Below are positions 8,716-18,138 of a stretch of 64,000 nt of DNA, piece after piece. A program made the translations under genes and the position numbers. How positions within the stretch are numbered: the stretch's first letter is position 1; each line of letters starts with the position of its first letter. The notes under the pieces were generated by a model. That model saw only the letters and a program-made list of their open reading frames with translations, did no database searches and was not told the DNA's origin. Where the stretch lies: sequence record OP310983.1; one strand, 5' to 3'.

Positions 8716-9090
8716 ATGAATGAAAATATTAAACGCTCATTTATTGGTATGCCACTGTCTATCAATATTGGTAAAGATATTGATTTATCAATGTATGAAC
8801 GAATTGTATTTGTATCACAAGTAGATAAAAATGATATAAAATACTTTGTTTATAAATTAAATAAATCCAAATTTAAACATGAACCAAATGTAGTTAATTA
8901 CGCCGAAACAGATAAGGATATTATTATTTATCCCCCGCTTGATTTCATTCAGACAATTAATGAATATTATCGAGTATCATTGGAAAATGAATTTATGTGT
9001 CATCCTGTTATTCTAAAAGCAGATGATAGTAATAATCAAGAAGTATTTTTGAAAACTATTAAAATGGTACATGAGTATGTCGATGAATAA
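8716..9090 (+). CDS. hypothetical protein
   Basis: AGGT RBS; 124 aa. Confidence 0.75.
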   Translation: MNENIKRSFIGMPLSINIGKDIDLSMYERIVFVSQVDKNDIKYFVYKLNKSKFKHEPNVVNYAETDKDIIIYPPLDFIQTINEYYRVSLENEFMCHPVILKADDSNNQEVFLKTIKMVHEYVDE

Positions 9091-9538
9091 CTGCGCATTT
9101 ATTAATTTAAGGCAACGTTTAGTTAATGATAAACTAACCTATGTGATTCATCCCATAGTGAAGGTTTATGATTTCACTAGAAAGGCTATTAGACAATTAA
9201 CTGATTTTGCTATTTTAGATAGTTATAACTTCCCAGAGGAAACTTCCAATATTAGTGTTCAGCCAACTATCACAGATGATACTAATAATAGAAATTCTTT
9301 GATACATCTTGGGGTTATAGAAGAGCCTGATTTTGGACCAACTAGATTATACGCCATCTTAGATAGAGAAATCAAAGATGATTCTAATCTAATTGAAACA
9401 ACTGATGATGGCTGGTATACATTGGATGAGTTAATTCTAGTTGAAGACGATATGGATGAATTCGCGCGACTTATTGTTCAGTACTTGCGAACTATTCCGA
9501 GGAAGCCACAATGGTTAACTTCGACAAAAGATGTTTAG
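9071..9538 (+). CDS. hypothetical protein, weak Nudix-like C-terminus
   Basis: GWYTLDEL...MDEFARLIV resembles the end of the Nudix fold, but there is no Nudix box. Confidence 0.6.
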   Translation: MSMSMNNCAFINLRQRLVNDKLTYVIHPIVKVYDFTRKAIRQLTDFAILDSYNFPEETSNISVQPTITDDTNNRNSLIHLGVIEEPDFGPTRLYAILDREIKDDSNLIETTDDGWYTLDELILVEDDMDEFARLIVQYLRTIPRKPQWLTSTKDV

Positions 9539-9741
9539 AAATAGAGCCTAATCAGTTAGGTTATGTATTTACAAAGATCGGTTGGGAAATATGTGTTACT
9601 ATTGGCATACGACATATATGTGCTAAAACCTATTATACAGTGTATTCACTTAATGATAAATGCATTTATTACATTGAGCATTCAGCGCAATTTACTAAAC
9701 GCATAAAACCAAACTATATACAAAGGTTTCATGTTCTATGA
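9511..9741 (+). CDS. hypothetical protein
   Basis: Fills the gap and ends in an ATGA overlap with 9738. Confidence 0.5.
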   Translation: MVNFDKRCLEIEPNQLGYVFTKIGWEICVTIGIRHICAKTYYTVYSLNDKCIYYIEHSAQFTKRIKPNYIQRFHVL

Positions 9742-10424
9742 TCAATACAACCGATAAAACTATAGTTGGTATAGGATTTGAAACAAAGGTTTCAGATTCA
9801 CCGATTGAACAACCTGTAAAGAAAACTAAGACTCCTAAGATAAATAAACAAAAAGAATGGGAGAAAGTAGATGATCCGAGAGAATATACAAAAGAGGAAC
9901 AAACTTCTCTCTTTGTAAATTGGCTTCAAAGCACACGTAATTACTGGCATAAACAGTATACCGATACTCAAAATACAGATAAGGCACTATCTATCAGAGA
10001 TATGCTTGATGGATTTATATATAGCATCGCAGCTGGCCTAGATGGCAATGATCCAAATATACCCGGATTCAAACTTATACCTAATGTTACTCAAGAGGAT
10101 ATTGACTACCTAATAAGTATTGGTGAGAATTATTGGCCAGTAAACCCAGTTGAAAATTTAAAAGATAATATCCGTGCAAAGTGTGATGCAGTTGATATTT
10201 CTGGTAATCTACGTTATCAAGTTTCTAAGACATTTACGGAACCTTTCAAAGGACCACATGCACTATTGAACCATTTCCTTAGTTTAGCAGGTGAGAAACC
10301 TGTTAAGTATTACTCGGGTAATTTTACGCAAGAGCAACTTGCTATGTTAGTAGAAAAAGCTAAAGAAAAAGCGGAAAAGATACAATCACAAATAGCTGAT
10401 GATATCAGTCGAATAATGCGTTAA
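9738..10424 (+). CDS. hypothetical protein, paralog of 10469..10843
   Basis: LDGNDPNIPGFKLIP ... DISGNLRYQ vs LDGNNDDCPAFHLIP ... DLAGELRDY. Confidence 0.8.
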   Translation: MINTTDKTIVGIGFETKVSDSPIEQPVKKTKTPKINKQKEWEKVDDPREYTKEEQTSLFVNWLQSTRNYWHKQYTDTQNTDKALSIRDMLDGFIYSIAAGLDGNDPNIPGFKLIPNVTQEDIDYLISIGENYWPVNPVENLKDNIRAKCDAVDISGNLRYQVSKTFTEPFKGPHALLNHFLSLAGEKPVKYYSGNFTQEQLAMLVEKAKEKAEKIQSQIADDISRIMR

Positions 10425-10468
10425 TGAACTAATAAATTTATAAGCTACTGATAACAAGGTATGTAATT

Positions 10469-10843
10469 ATGATCTATTTTGAAGGCGATGGTAATGTTAA
10501 ACCTGTAACACAGGAACAAGTTAAAGAACTATTTATTAGTAGTGTTGTCAATATGCGTGATAATGCTATCAATAACTCTAAACTTGATCAATTTACAGAG
10601 CCAGCTGATCGGGACAGGGCTGTAGCAGATAGTGTCATTACAGGCATGCTAGATATACTAGATGGCAATAATGACGATTGCCCAGCGTTTCATTTAATTC
10701 CAGCAGTTGGTGAGGAAGAATATTTAGCGGCTGTAGAAGCAGGTGCTGATTATATCCCTTATGATGATGGTAGTGATAATTATCAACCATTAGATTTAGC
10801 TGGTGAACTACGAGATTATTTTATCTTTGTTAATAGGGGTTAG
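10469..10843 (+). CDS. hypothetical protein, paralog of 9738..10424
   Basis: Shared LDG...P.F.LIP...D..G.LR pattern. Confidence 0.8.
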   Translation: MIYFEGDGNVKPVTQEQVKELFISSVVNMRDNAINNSKLDQFTEPADRDRAVADSVITGMLDILDGNNDDCPAFHLIPAVGEEEYLAAVEAGADYIPYDDGSDNYQPLDLAGELRDYFIFVNRG

Positions 10844-10845
10844 TA

Positions 10846-11280
10846 ATGACTGAGGTAGTGATTGCACTTATCCTGTCAGCAATTATTGTTTACTTAATTA
10901 ATATTTTTAAACAATCGAAAGTAATTTATACTAATGCCATAAATGATAATGTCTTTGTTGTTACTGGTTGTACTTACATATCAGAAAATAATGAGGACGG
11001 TACATTAACAACTTTTTCACCTAAATTAAATAATAGGTTAATAATTGATTTAACTAAAGGTCAACCCAATAAAGACTTTTATATTTCAGTATTAGATAAC
11101 ACACTTAAATTCCATCACACTGTTGATGAAATCATCACAGCTAATAAATGGGAAGCTTTATTTAAAATTAGCATAACTAAAGAGGATGTGTGTATCTCAG
11201 GAATACCTCTTAAAAATAAAAGCATGAAATGTAATTTACACTGGGTTATAGCACCAAGTAAAATGGTGAATAAGTTGTAA
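10846..11280 (+). CDS. N-terminally anchored membrane protein
   Basis: TM helix VVIALILSAIIVYLINIF. Confidence 0.7.
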   Translation: MTEVVIALILSAIIVYLINIFKQSKVIYTNAINDNVFVVTGCTYISENNEDGTLTTFSPKLNNRLIIDLTKGQPNKDFYISVLDNTLKFHHTVDEIITANKWEALFKISITKEDVCISGIPLKNKSMKCNLHWVIAPSKMVNKL

Positions 11281-11293
11281 TAGTTATTATAAT

Positions 11294-11314
11294 GCCCTCC
11301 CATTGCGGGAGGGC
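11294..11314 (+). terminator. intrinsic terminator
   Basis: GCCCTCCC-ATTGC-GGGAGGGC followed by T tract. Confidence 0.8.
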
Positions 11315-11334
11315 TTATATTTTATTTTTTTGTA

Positions 11335-11361
11335 TTTAAAGCATTTTAAACAGTATATTAC
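11335..11361 (+). promoter_or_regulatory. early promoter
   Basis: TTTAAAGCATTTTAAACAG-TATATTAC. Confidence 0.8.
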
Positions 11362-11404
11362 AAATGTGATATTACTATCTAAATTGCAAATAGGTAAATC
11401 AATT

Positions 11405-11764
11405 ATGTTGGACTATGCTTTGGAAAAGTGTCGTGAAATCCCTTATGTAAAACATCGTCAACGTGTTTATTCAGTCATTACTGATAAACGTGGTAGGATC
11501 ATTAGTGAAAGCCAAAATATGTATGGTAAAACACATCCTGCTCAGAAACGTTATTCTCTAAAAGCAGGATTGTCCGATCTACGTTGTGAGATGCATAGTG
11601 AGTTGCGTTCTATCATCCTCTCCAAGGGAAAAGGATATAGGATCTATGTTGCGCGAGTCGGTTCTGATGGTAGGCCATTAGATGCATATCCGTGTCCCAC
11701 TTGTCAAATGGCAATTAATGACCATGGTAAATTAAAAGAGGTAATTGTATCTATTGGTAAATAA
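11405..11764 (+). CDS. cytidine/dCMP deaminase-superfamily protein
   Basis: Zn motif MHSE ... PCPTC (HxE/PCxxC); start moved to ATG 11405 because the track start overlaps the terminator and promoter. Confidence 0.75.
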   Translation: MLDYALEKCREIPYVKHRQRVYSVITDKRGRIISESQNMYGKTHPAQKRYSLKAGLSDLRCEMHSELRSIILSKGKGYRIYVARVGSDGRPLDAYPCPTCQMAINDHGKLKEVIVSIGK

Positions 11765-11809
11765 TAACACTATAGTTAATTTCCTTATTTATTTAAAAAG
11801 GAAAATATA

Positions 11810-12340
11810 ATGCCTAATGATTATTTAAATAATAAACCATCCAAATATCTTAAGAGGATTCATCTTACAGCAAATGGTACATTGGCTACAACTGTAGAAA
11901 CATGTCTAGAATATCAACCAGTTAGTGATATCCACAAGTTCTATCCTTACTTCAATTTTACACCAGCGGAACTTTGGGATAAATTTTCTGAATCTAGTTT
12001 TAATGTACTAACTATTTTTGGTAAACCAGATACCGGTGAGTCAATCTTCGCTAGAGAAATGTTGAATCATCGAGGCTGGGATGATAAAATTTATTTAGCT
12101 GATCGGTCCGATATTTTAGAACATCCTGAATTCGCTGACCTCATTAGAGGTTTTCCAAATGGATCTGTTATTATTGCCGAAGATGTTGATAAAGTAGTGC
12201 GTGCACGTACAGGTGGTAATGGGGTTATGTCAGCTATCATTAATGCTAGTGAAGAAATTACCAAACGTAATATTAAATTAGTCATCACTACCAGCTTACC
12301 AACACTTAAGGATACTGATGTAGGCATTTTGATGTTCTAG
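11810..12340 (+). CDS. degenerate, truncated AAA+ ATPase domain
   Basis: Walker A-like FGKPDTGES (K to E), Walker B IIAEDVD, MSAIIN, VITTS; stops before the Arg-finger segment. Confidence 0.65.
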   Translation: MPNDYLNNKPSKYLKRIHLTANGTLATTVETCLEYQPVSDIHKFYPYFNFTPAELWDKFSESSFNVLTIFGKPDTGESIFAREMLNHRGWDDKIYLADRSDILEHPEFADLIRGFPNGSVIIAEDVDKVVRARTGGNGVMSAIINASEEITKRNIKLVITTSLPTLKDTDVGILMF

Positions 12341-12360
12341 AATTTAATTAGGATCAAACT

Positions 12361-12783
12361 ATGAAAAATACACACTTAGTTGAAGTAGCAACACATGCTT
12401 ATTGTCTGGTTGGTGGACTTCCTAAACCAGAAGAAATGGATGAGGCTGAAAAAGAGTATTGGGCATCTGTACCAAGTGAGGATATTAAATTAGCTTCATA
12501 TTGGAAAATGGTCCAACCACCACTATATGACCTAGTGATGAAATATAGTGGAATTGATTACAAAAGATTTTATCCTTATCCTGGTGGTCCTTCTCTTAAC
12601 ACTGGCGAACTTGAAACATTCAGGCTTCCAGGTGCAGATGAAGGGGCTCTGGTTTGGCGTGATGTCTGTATTACGTGGTATAAAAGACCAGGTCGATGTA
12701 TGTGTATTTCTCGTAATCTGACTGATGATGAACTCGTACAACTTGAACAGGAACTCATCAAAGCCATCGCAAAACCGGAATAA
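12361..12783 (+). CDS. conserved phage hypothetical protein
   Basis: ITWYKRPGRCM..SRNLT pattern (WYK..GR family). Confidence 0.75.
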   Translation: MKNTHLVEVATHAYCLVGGLPKPEEMDEAEKEYWASVPSEDIKLASYWKMVQPPLYDLVMKYSGIDYKRFYPYPGGPSLNTGELETFRLPGADEGALVWRDVCITWYKRPGRCMCISRNLTDDELVQLEQELIKAIAKPE

Positions 12784-12836
12784 CTTATAAAAGAAGTTTA
12801 ACAGATTTTTTTAATCCAACTAAAAGGAAATTGTAA

Positions 12837-13070
12837 ATGCAACATGTAACTGTAAAGACTATGAACTCTGGACTGAAAGTCATTGATTTGGATGGTATCC
12901 GACTCAAAGAAAAAAATATTATCCAGCTACGTTCTATTATGAATCACGATGCAGCAAAGCAATCATCAGCTTTTATGCATCACGATAGCCAGTTCAATAA
13001 TGTACGTATTGAATTTTGGCGCGAACCATCAGCGCGAATTATCTCGCTGATTAAAGATGCGGTCGCATGA
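12837..13070 (+). CDS. hypothetical protein
   Basis: AAAGGAA RBS. Confidence 0.75.
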   Translation: MQHVTVKTMNSGLKVIDLDGIRLKEKNIIQLRSIMNHDAAKQSSAFMHHDSQFNNVRIEFWREPSARIISLIKDAVA

Positions 13071-13097
13071 CCGCTTTCTTTTAAGAAGGTAACTAAT

Positions 13098-13376
13098 ATG
13101 TCTATCTCTGATGTAGTATTTGAAGCCGCTGTCAAAAGTGGTGTTAGTCTTGAACACCTTGGTAAAGAAGAGCCTATTCTAAAAATTCGCTCTGTTAAAG
13201 AAAGTGATGGATGGGATATCATCCTCTATTATCCTGGTAAGATTACCAAGACTGTGAAACTACTATCAAGCGATGTAGCTGGGTCAGATGCATCAAAGTT
13301 TATTGAACATGTATTTGGAGATGTTCAATTTGCTAAAGAAGCAGTACGCAATGCTGAAGGCATTGTAATAAAATAA
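13098..13376 (+). CDS. hypothetical protein
   Basis: AAGGT RBS. Confidence 0.75.
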   Translation: MSISDVVFEAAVKSGVSLEHLGKEEPILKIRSVKESDGWDIILYYPGKITKTVKLLSSDVAGSDASKFIEHVFGDVQFAKEAVRNAEGIVIK

Positions 13377-13400
13377 TCAATCTGGAAAAAGGAAATATAA

Positions 13401-13820
13401 ATGTATCTTGATGAAAAGTATTGGGCTTATTCTGTAAAAGCTATGGATAACAAACATCCAGTTTTGATGAATGTACATGGTCTTCATTGGTATTCACCGT
13501 CTTTGGTTAATTGGAGCCTAACTGCTGTCAAACGGGATGGGACACTTTCATCAAAAGAAGTGTTTGATATCACTAGCAAATATGTCAGCCATCTCATTGA
13601 TAATGAAGTTAAAATCGTTAATGATCAGTTGGTCTACCTGATCAAAAATAATCTGATTAGTGGTATCACTGAGCTTGATGATGGTTTCTTTGTATTTGCA
13701 AATATTGATGGCGAGTCATGGTCCATGCATGTTGTAATTGAATGCTTGATGGAACATGAAGAAGATTGGGAAAAACTCGCTGCCGTTAAATGCAATGAGT
13801 TGGCCATTTCTGCATTCTAA
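13401..13820 (+). CDS. hypothetical protein
   Basis: AAAGGAA RBS; hairpin follows at about 13834-13851. Confidence 0.75.
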   Translation: MYLDEKYWAYSVKAMDNKHPVLMNVHGLHWYSPSLVNWSLTAVKRDGTLSSKEVFDITSKYVSHLIDNEVKIVNDQLVYLIKNNLISGITELDDGFFVFANIDGESWSMHVVIECLMEHEEDWEKLAAVKCNELAISAF

Positions 13821-13898
13821 TTAATTATGAAAATGGGGGTCTAAAGACCCCCTATCTATTTAATAGAATGAAACTAATCTTAATAATGGTGAATACTA

Positions 13899-14195
13899 AT
13901 GAATAAATATTACCATTTGAAGAAACAGAAGGATGCTACATGGACAATTGAATTTCTAGGAAAGATGCGTAATTTTAAATTCAACCATGTAACTAAACAG
14001 AATAATAGCTGGGTTAGCATGGGTATTGAAGGTTATCCAGCACTTAAATTTAACTGTGATGGATTTGGTAGATTAGAAAGTATTCAACCCATTGATGATG
14101 ATTTAACCATCGATGAAATATTTATTCCACGTAAACATTCTGTTTCACAGTGTATCGATATAACAACACTTTACATAGGTGGTCAATGTGACTGA
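13899..14195 (+). CDS. hypothetical protein
   Basis: GGTGA RBS. Confidence 0.7.
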   Translation: MNKYYHLKKQKDATWTIEFLGKMRNFKFNHVTKQNNSWVSMGIEGYPALKFNCDGFGRLESIQPIDDDLTIDEIFIPRKHSVSQCIDITTLYIGGQCD

Positions 14196-14625
14196 GATAA
14201 TATTAGTTATTTTATCATTGTTTGTTCTTTCAGTCATAACCGGCTATTGTATAACCCGGTTAGAGAAAACCGAAGATATAGCCTATTATGTTAAATCAAT
14301 TACGTATTACTTAGGTGAATCCGGTGATACATTTTTTAATAGTGAACCCAAAGTAATACAGCTGGATAACCCTGTAAAACTAGTTTTCACTAATGAACCA
14401 GTTCAAATAAAAACACTTTATTTAGACCTAGATAAGAAAGAATTATATCTTAATCATCCCGAACATGCTTGTATTGTAATGCGTGTTATTTTCTTTTTAA
14501 ATTATCATAACCAGAAAAAACTCATCGGTTATTCAGATGAGTACTATCATGACAATGAGTATGTTGATAGTGAGTTTGATATGGTCATAAAGAAAATTAG
14601 TGTAGAATGCTATAAAGGTTTATAA
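14179..14625 (+). CDS. N-terminally anchored membrane protein
   Basis: TM helix IILVILSLFVLSVITGYCI; real start may be GTG 14188. Confidence 0.7.
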   Translation: MVNVTEIILVILSLFVLSVITGYCITRLEKTEDIAYYVKSITYYLGESGDTFFNSEPKVIQLDNPVKLVFTNEPVQIKTLYLDLDKKELYLNHPEHACIVMRVIFFLNYHNQKKLIGYSDEYYHDNEYVDSEFDMVIKKISVECYKGL

Positions 14626-14661
14626 TGGTCAATTTTATAGACCATCAATCAGGAGTTAATA

Positions 14662-15093
14662 ATGAGTGTTCTACAACAGCTAGGAAGTTTCCCAGTATAT
14701 AAGAAAACTAATGGTGAAACTCGATTTCTATTAGACCATGATGTTGCTATCAGCATGGTTACAACTGAGCAAGGTAGTTTTATGACTGCCCCACTAAAAA
14801 CAGATGGGGTAGAGTTCAATCTATCTGAAGTCTTTGGTGATTATAAAAAATTCGATAATGTGATTGTAGATAAACTCTACTATCGTGATTTATCTGGTAA
14901 AATGCAGTCTAAAAAAGTACCAACTATCCCACAGCTTTATAAAGACATGACTGTATTTAAAAGTGGGTATACCACTAAAATAAATAACCTTCGCTGGGGT
15001 TATTGTGTAACTATTAAAAATGATGGTACAGCTAAAATTTGGACAGATTCTAATAGTCCTATTTGTGGTGTGTCAATTCGTTTCACAATGTAA
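14662..15093 (+). CDS. hypothetical protein
   Basis: AGGAG RBS; terminator 15104-15121 follows. Confidence 0.8.
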   Translation: MSVLQQLGSFPVYKKTNGETRFLLDHDVAISMVTTEQGSFMTAPLKTDGVEFNLSEVFGDYKKFDNVIVDKLYYRDLSGKMQSKKVPTIPQLYKDMTVFKSGYTTKINNLRWGYCVTIKNDGTAKIWTDSNSPICGVSIRFTM

Positions 15094-15103
15094 CGCCATA
15101 ATG

Positions 15104-15121
15104 GCCTCCCTTCGGGGAGGC
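15104..15121 (+). terminator. intrinsic terminator
   Basis: GCCTCCC-TTCG-GGGAGGC followed by TTTT. Confidence 0.8.
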
Positions 15122-15155
15122 TTTTATATCCCTTTATATAAACAGGTATATTCAA

Positions 15156-15458
15156 ATGAAAATGAATAATAAGGTAATTGACTCGGCGTCGTATATGTTG
15201 GCTAATACCGATAAGTTCATTAGTACTGTATTCGCTGGTGAAGACCGGTATATTGAGTCCTGTACTGGGCTCATTAGCGCACATGGTGATAAGGTGGAGC
15301 AGTACCGTAATGGTTGGGAAGAGGCTGGATTAGACTTTAATAAAGCACAAATAATCTATCTTCTAACCTATACTAAACTACTAGGTGATACTCCTAAGTA
15401 TATGTCTAATCAATGGGTGATTGACAACTATTCTAAATACAGTGAACTATTGCCATAA
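15156..15458 (+). CDS. hypothetical protein
   Basis: 100 aa ORF after the terminator. Confidence 0.7.
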   Translation: MKMNNKVIDSASYMLANTDKFISTVFAGEDRYIESCTGLISAHGDKVEQYRNGWEEAGLDFNKAQIIYLLTYTKLLGDTPKYMSNQWVIDNYSKYSELLP

Positions 15459-15541
15459 TGCATAAATGGTTTATTATAAGTAAATTTAAAAATATATAAT
15501 AACCATGCTAAGTTAGATAATCATTATTTGAGGTACTCAAA

Positions 15542-15694
15542 ATGGAAGGAATCAAATATGTAGCACTGTTTTTGATTATAGCTATTTTAAGTAGTACATT
15601 AGTTGGTATTAATAAAATTATTAGTATAGGTGATATCGATGGATATAGATCAGAAAAAGAAAGAATCACCGAAATTCAATCCCATCATAAATAG
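15542..15694 (+). CDS. single-TM microprotein (50 aa, not in track)
   Basis: GAGGT RBS; MEGIKYVALFLIIAILSSTLVGINKIISIGDIDGYRSEKERITEIQSHHK. Confidence 0.65.
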   Translation: MEGIKYVALFLIIAILSSTLVGINKIISIGDIDGYRSEKERITEIQSHHK

Positions 15695-15750
15695 TATCTT
15701 TAACAAGTCATGGTTAACTGAAGATAAAAGTGGTAAAGAGGTAAAAAGAA

Positions 15751-16053
15751 ATGAGTTCAACAGTGAGCTGTCTAGCAAACGCGCTAGCTAATGGTATTAG
15801 TCTTATCGCTAAGAATAAAGTTCAAGTAGGTATGATTCTACAAGCAACACAGGATATTTGGATCATGCGTACTTGTAAAAAGAATGGTTATTTAGAATGG
15901 AAGTTTGCTAATGAAGGTGATGACCTAACCGTATTAGGTGTTGATGAGGGTAATCCCGAAGGCGGCTTTAGAGTTTTAAATGCCGACAATTATAATCAAA
16001 TTGAAACTGTACAATGTACAGATATGGATGATATTCTTCACGCCTATAACTGA
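15751..16053 (+). CDS. hypothetical protein
   Basis: GAGGT RBS. Confidence 0.75.
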   Translation: MSSTVSCLANALANGISLIAKNKVQVGMILQATQDIWIMRTCKKNGYLEWKFANEGDDLTVLGVDEGNPEGGFRVLNADNYNQIETVQCTDMDDILHAYN

Positions 16054-16061
16054 GGTGATAT

Positions 16062-16274
16062 ATGTCAAATTCATTTAAAGCCGGTGACAAAGTTGTAGTC
16101 AATACAGATATTATTAATAGCACCGGTGAATGCGGCTATGATCTTACACTATGCAAAGCTGGCACTGTAGTTATAATCGAGTCTGTTAATGGAGACCATC
16201 TGTTAGTTTATCCATCTAATAGTGGTCCTAGTAATGGGTTTTATGTTCATCTACATCAGGTTAATGCACAATGA
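16062..16274 (+). CDS. small SH3/KOW-like beta protein
   Basis: FKAGDKVVV...GTVVIIESV...FYV pattern. Confidence 0.65.
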   Translation: MSNSFKAGDKVVVNTDIINSTGECGYDLTLCKAGTVVIIESVNGDHLLVYPSNSGPSNGFYVHLHQVNAQ

Positions 16275-16648
16275 AACTTGAATGCGTAAGAGATACTGCA
16301 CAGATCCTCTATAGTAAAAGAGCTTTTATAAAAGGTAATTATATTGGTAGCGAATATCATATTTACCAATTACTAACCCATCTTCATCATCGTATCGTTA
16401 ATGCGCTTATTGAAATATATGATGATGATTCACTAACTGATGTGCTAAATAAAAGTCCTGATGATATTATTATCTTGTTCTCTAAACATGCGACTAATGC
16501 GTACCAGCATTACAAAGTTCTTCGCCAAAATATAAATGCTAAGATTGAAGAAGTAAATGCATCACGAAATAGGTATACTCTGTGGTCTAACTTAGTAGAG
16601 GATATTCTTAAGTTTAGACTATATTGCAGTAAACTAAAGGTGGGTTGA
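16271..16648 (+). CDS. hypothetical protein
   Basis: ATGA overlap with the upstream gene. Confidence 0.7.
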   Translation: MKLECVRDTAQILYSKRAFIKGNYIGSEYHIYQLLTHLHHRIVNALIEIYDDDSLTDVLNKSPDDIIILFSKHATNAYQHYKVLRQNINAKIEEVNASRNRYTLWSNLVEDILKFRLYCSKLKVG

Positions 16649-16649
16649 G

Positions 16650-17015
16650 ATGATCGAAATTAATTCTGCTGAAGTAGAAATGCTTGTTAAAACGATTACT
16701 GGTGATCTGTTATACTCTATCCATGACGGCACATATCCAGCTGAAACTTATTGGATGTTTAAAACAGATGTTGCAATGTTGGATGCATGGTTTGCTAAAA
16801 TTTATCAGTTTGGTATGTCAAAGCAAATCCCATATGCCAGTATCCCATTTACCAATCTAGTGGATGTATCGACTGAGTGGTTATTCCAATATATGGCCAA
16901 TCTGGCAGCTGATCTAGGTGATTTTGAAGAGGTCCAAGAACCTATTTTCAATATCATCAATAAGATCCATTCAATGTGGTCAGTTTATGATAAGTATTCA
17001 TGGACTGGTAGCTAA
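16650..17015 (+). CDS. hypothetical protein
   Basis: Adjacent start; 121 aa. Confidence 0.7.
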   Translation: MIEINSAEVEMLVKTITGDLLYSIHDGTYPAETYWMFKTDVAMLDAWFAKIYQFGMSKQIPYASIPFTNLVDVSTEWLFQYMANLAADLGDFEEVQEPIFNIINKIHSMWSVYDKYSWTGS

Positions 17016-17058
17016 TACTTGACCGTCCAATTAGATAGTTATAGGACGGGAATTAACC

Positions 17059-17394
17059 ATGTTTATAGTTGATGATAAGTGTTATAGTTGGTCGAGTACT
17101 TCGCACGGTCGTGGGAAAAGAAGTGAAATAGTTGGAGCAGGTGTTTATGTTATTGAACACATTGCAACTGGGAAGTATTTAGTAGGGCTTTCAAAGACTG
17201 TTAGTAATGAAGTTGATAAACATATCGCTGCATTACGTAATAATAGTCATCAAAATAAGGCGATGTTAGGTTTAGTACATCGGGACATGGATTTACGTTT
17301 ATTAGAATACCCCATTAGTAAGGTTAGTGATCAGAAAGCACTTATTGCTAAGATCCGAGCCACCACTGAACCTAAATATCTAATGCTTAATTAG
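17059..17394 (+). CDS. degenerate GIY-YIG-fold protein
   Basis: GVYVIEHIATGKYLVGLS...KH...LRNNSHQN; second Tyr, Arg and Glu catalytic positions appear substituted. Confidence 0.6.
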   Translation: MFIVDDKCYSWSSTSHGRGKRSEIVGAGVYVIEHIATGKYLVGLSKTVSNEVDKHIAALRNNSHQNKAMLGLVHRDMDLRLLEYPISKVSDQKALIAKIRATTEPKYLMLN

Positions 17395-17439
17395 GGAGGG
17401 TAATACCTCCCTTTTTTATATAAGAAAAGGAAATATACA

Positions 17440-18126
17440 ATGAGTAACCCGTTAGTTATCAAATCGGCAAGTGATCTAGTAGAACCAAAAGAGATAGATT
17501 ACAAAGCGCCTATTTTTAAGGCCAGTCACGAATATGCATCTATTCGTGAGAATAGCAGACAGTTAATTGAAAAGCAAATGAAACTATCCAAAAAGCCTTT
17601 TGCCGTGCTTGAACGAGAAGGTGATATTGGTCCCAATGTTGTTTATTACACGTGTGGGTGTAATAAAGAAGATCCACTCTTTCCTGAACTGGTGATCACT
17701 GCATGCATCACTAAGGAATCGGCAGTAAATACCTTTTACGCCATTTTTGAAAAATTAAAAGAAGTGAAACAGATCACGGGTAGCGTAGAGATTGCAGATT
17801 TACTGAGCGCATTTGAAGAAGATCAAAGGATGGGACGACAACCTAAATTTGGTATTCGTCTAATTGATACTCATCAGTTTGTATATGGGTTCGGTGGTAA
17901 ACTCCACGCATACTACAATATGGATGACTATTATAACCAATTGCCCATCTGGCAAATTCTCATCAGTGATATTGAAGGATTCCTACCCACTGATAGTGGT
18001 TATCTACAAACAGTTTGTCCGCAGTTTCTTCTAGCCGATAAACCTTTCGGACAAGCTGGTAATATCTATCCTACTGACATTTTTAAAACTATGAAATGTC
18101 GTCCTTCTGCAACAGTTATTCATTAA
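17440..18126 (+). CDS. DUF4262-like protein
   Basis: YYTCG...PELVI...WQILISDIEGFLP.D.GY...PQFL matches the DUF4262 pattern as remembered. Confidence 0.6.
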   Translation: MSNPLVIKSASDLVEPKEIDYKAPIFKASHEYASIRENSRQLIEKQMKLSKKPFAVLEREGDIGPNVVYYTCGCNKEDPLFPELVITACITKESAVNTFYAIFEKLKEVKQITGSVEIADLLSAFEEDQRMGRQPKFGIRLIDTHQFVYGFGGKLHAYYNMDDYYNQLPIWQILISDIEGFLPTDSGYLQTVCPQFLLADKPFGQAGNIYPTDIFKTMKCRPSATVIH

Positions 18127-18138
18127 GAGGTTAATATA

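Noticed and set aside
9071-9538. Nudix hydrolase
   Set aside because: Only the C-terminal pattern resembles Nudix; no GX5EX7REUXEEXGU box
17059-17394. Active homing endonuclease or intron
   Set aside because: Catalytic residues missing, no DNA-binding domain, no interrupted gene around it; nrdA, nrdB and terL are also uninterrupted
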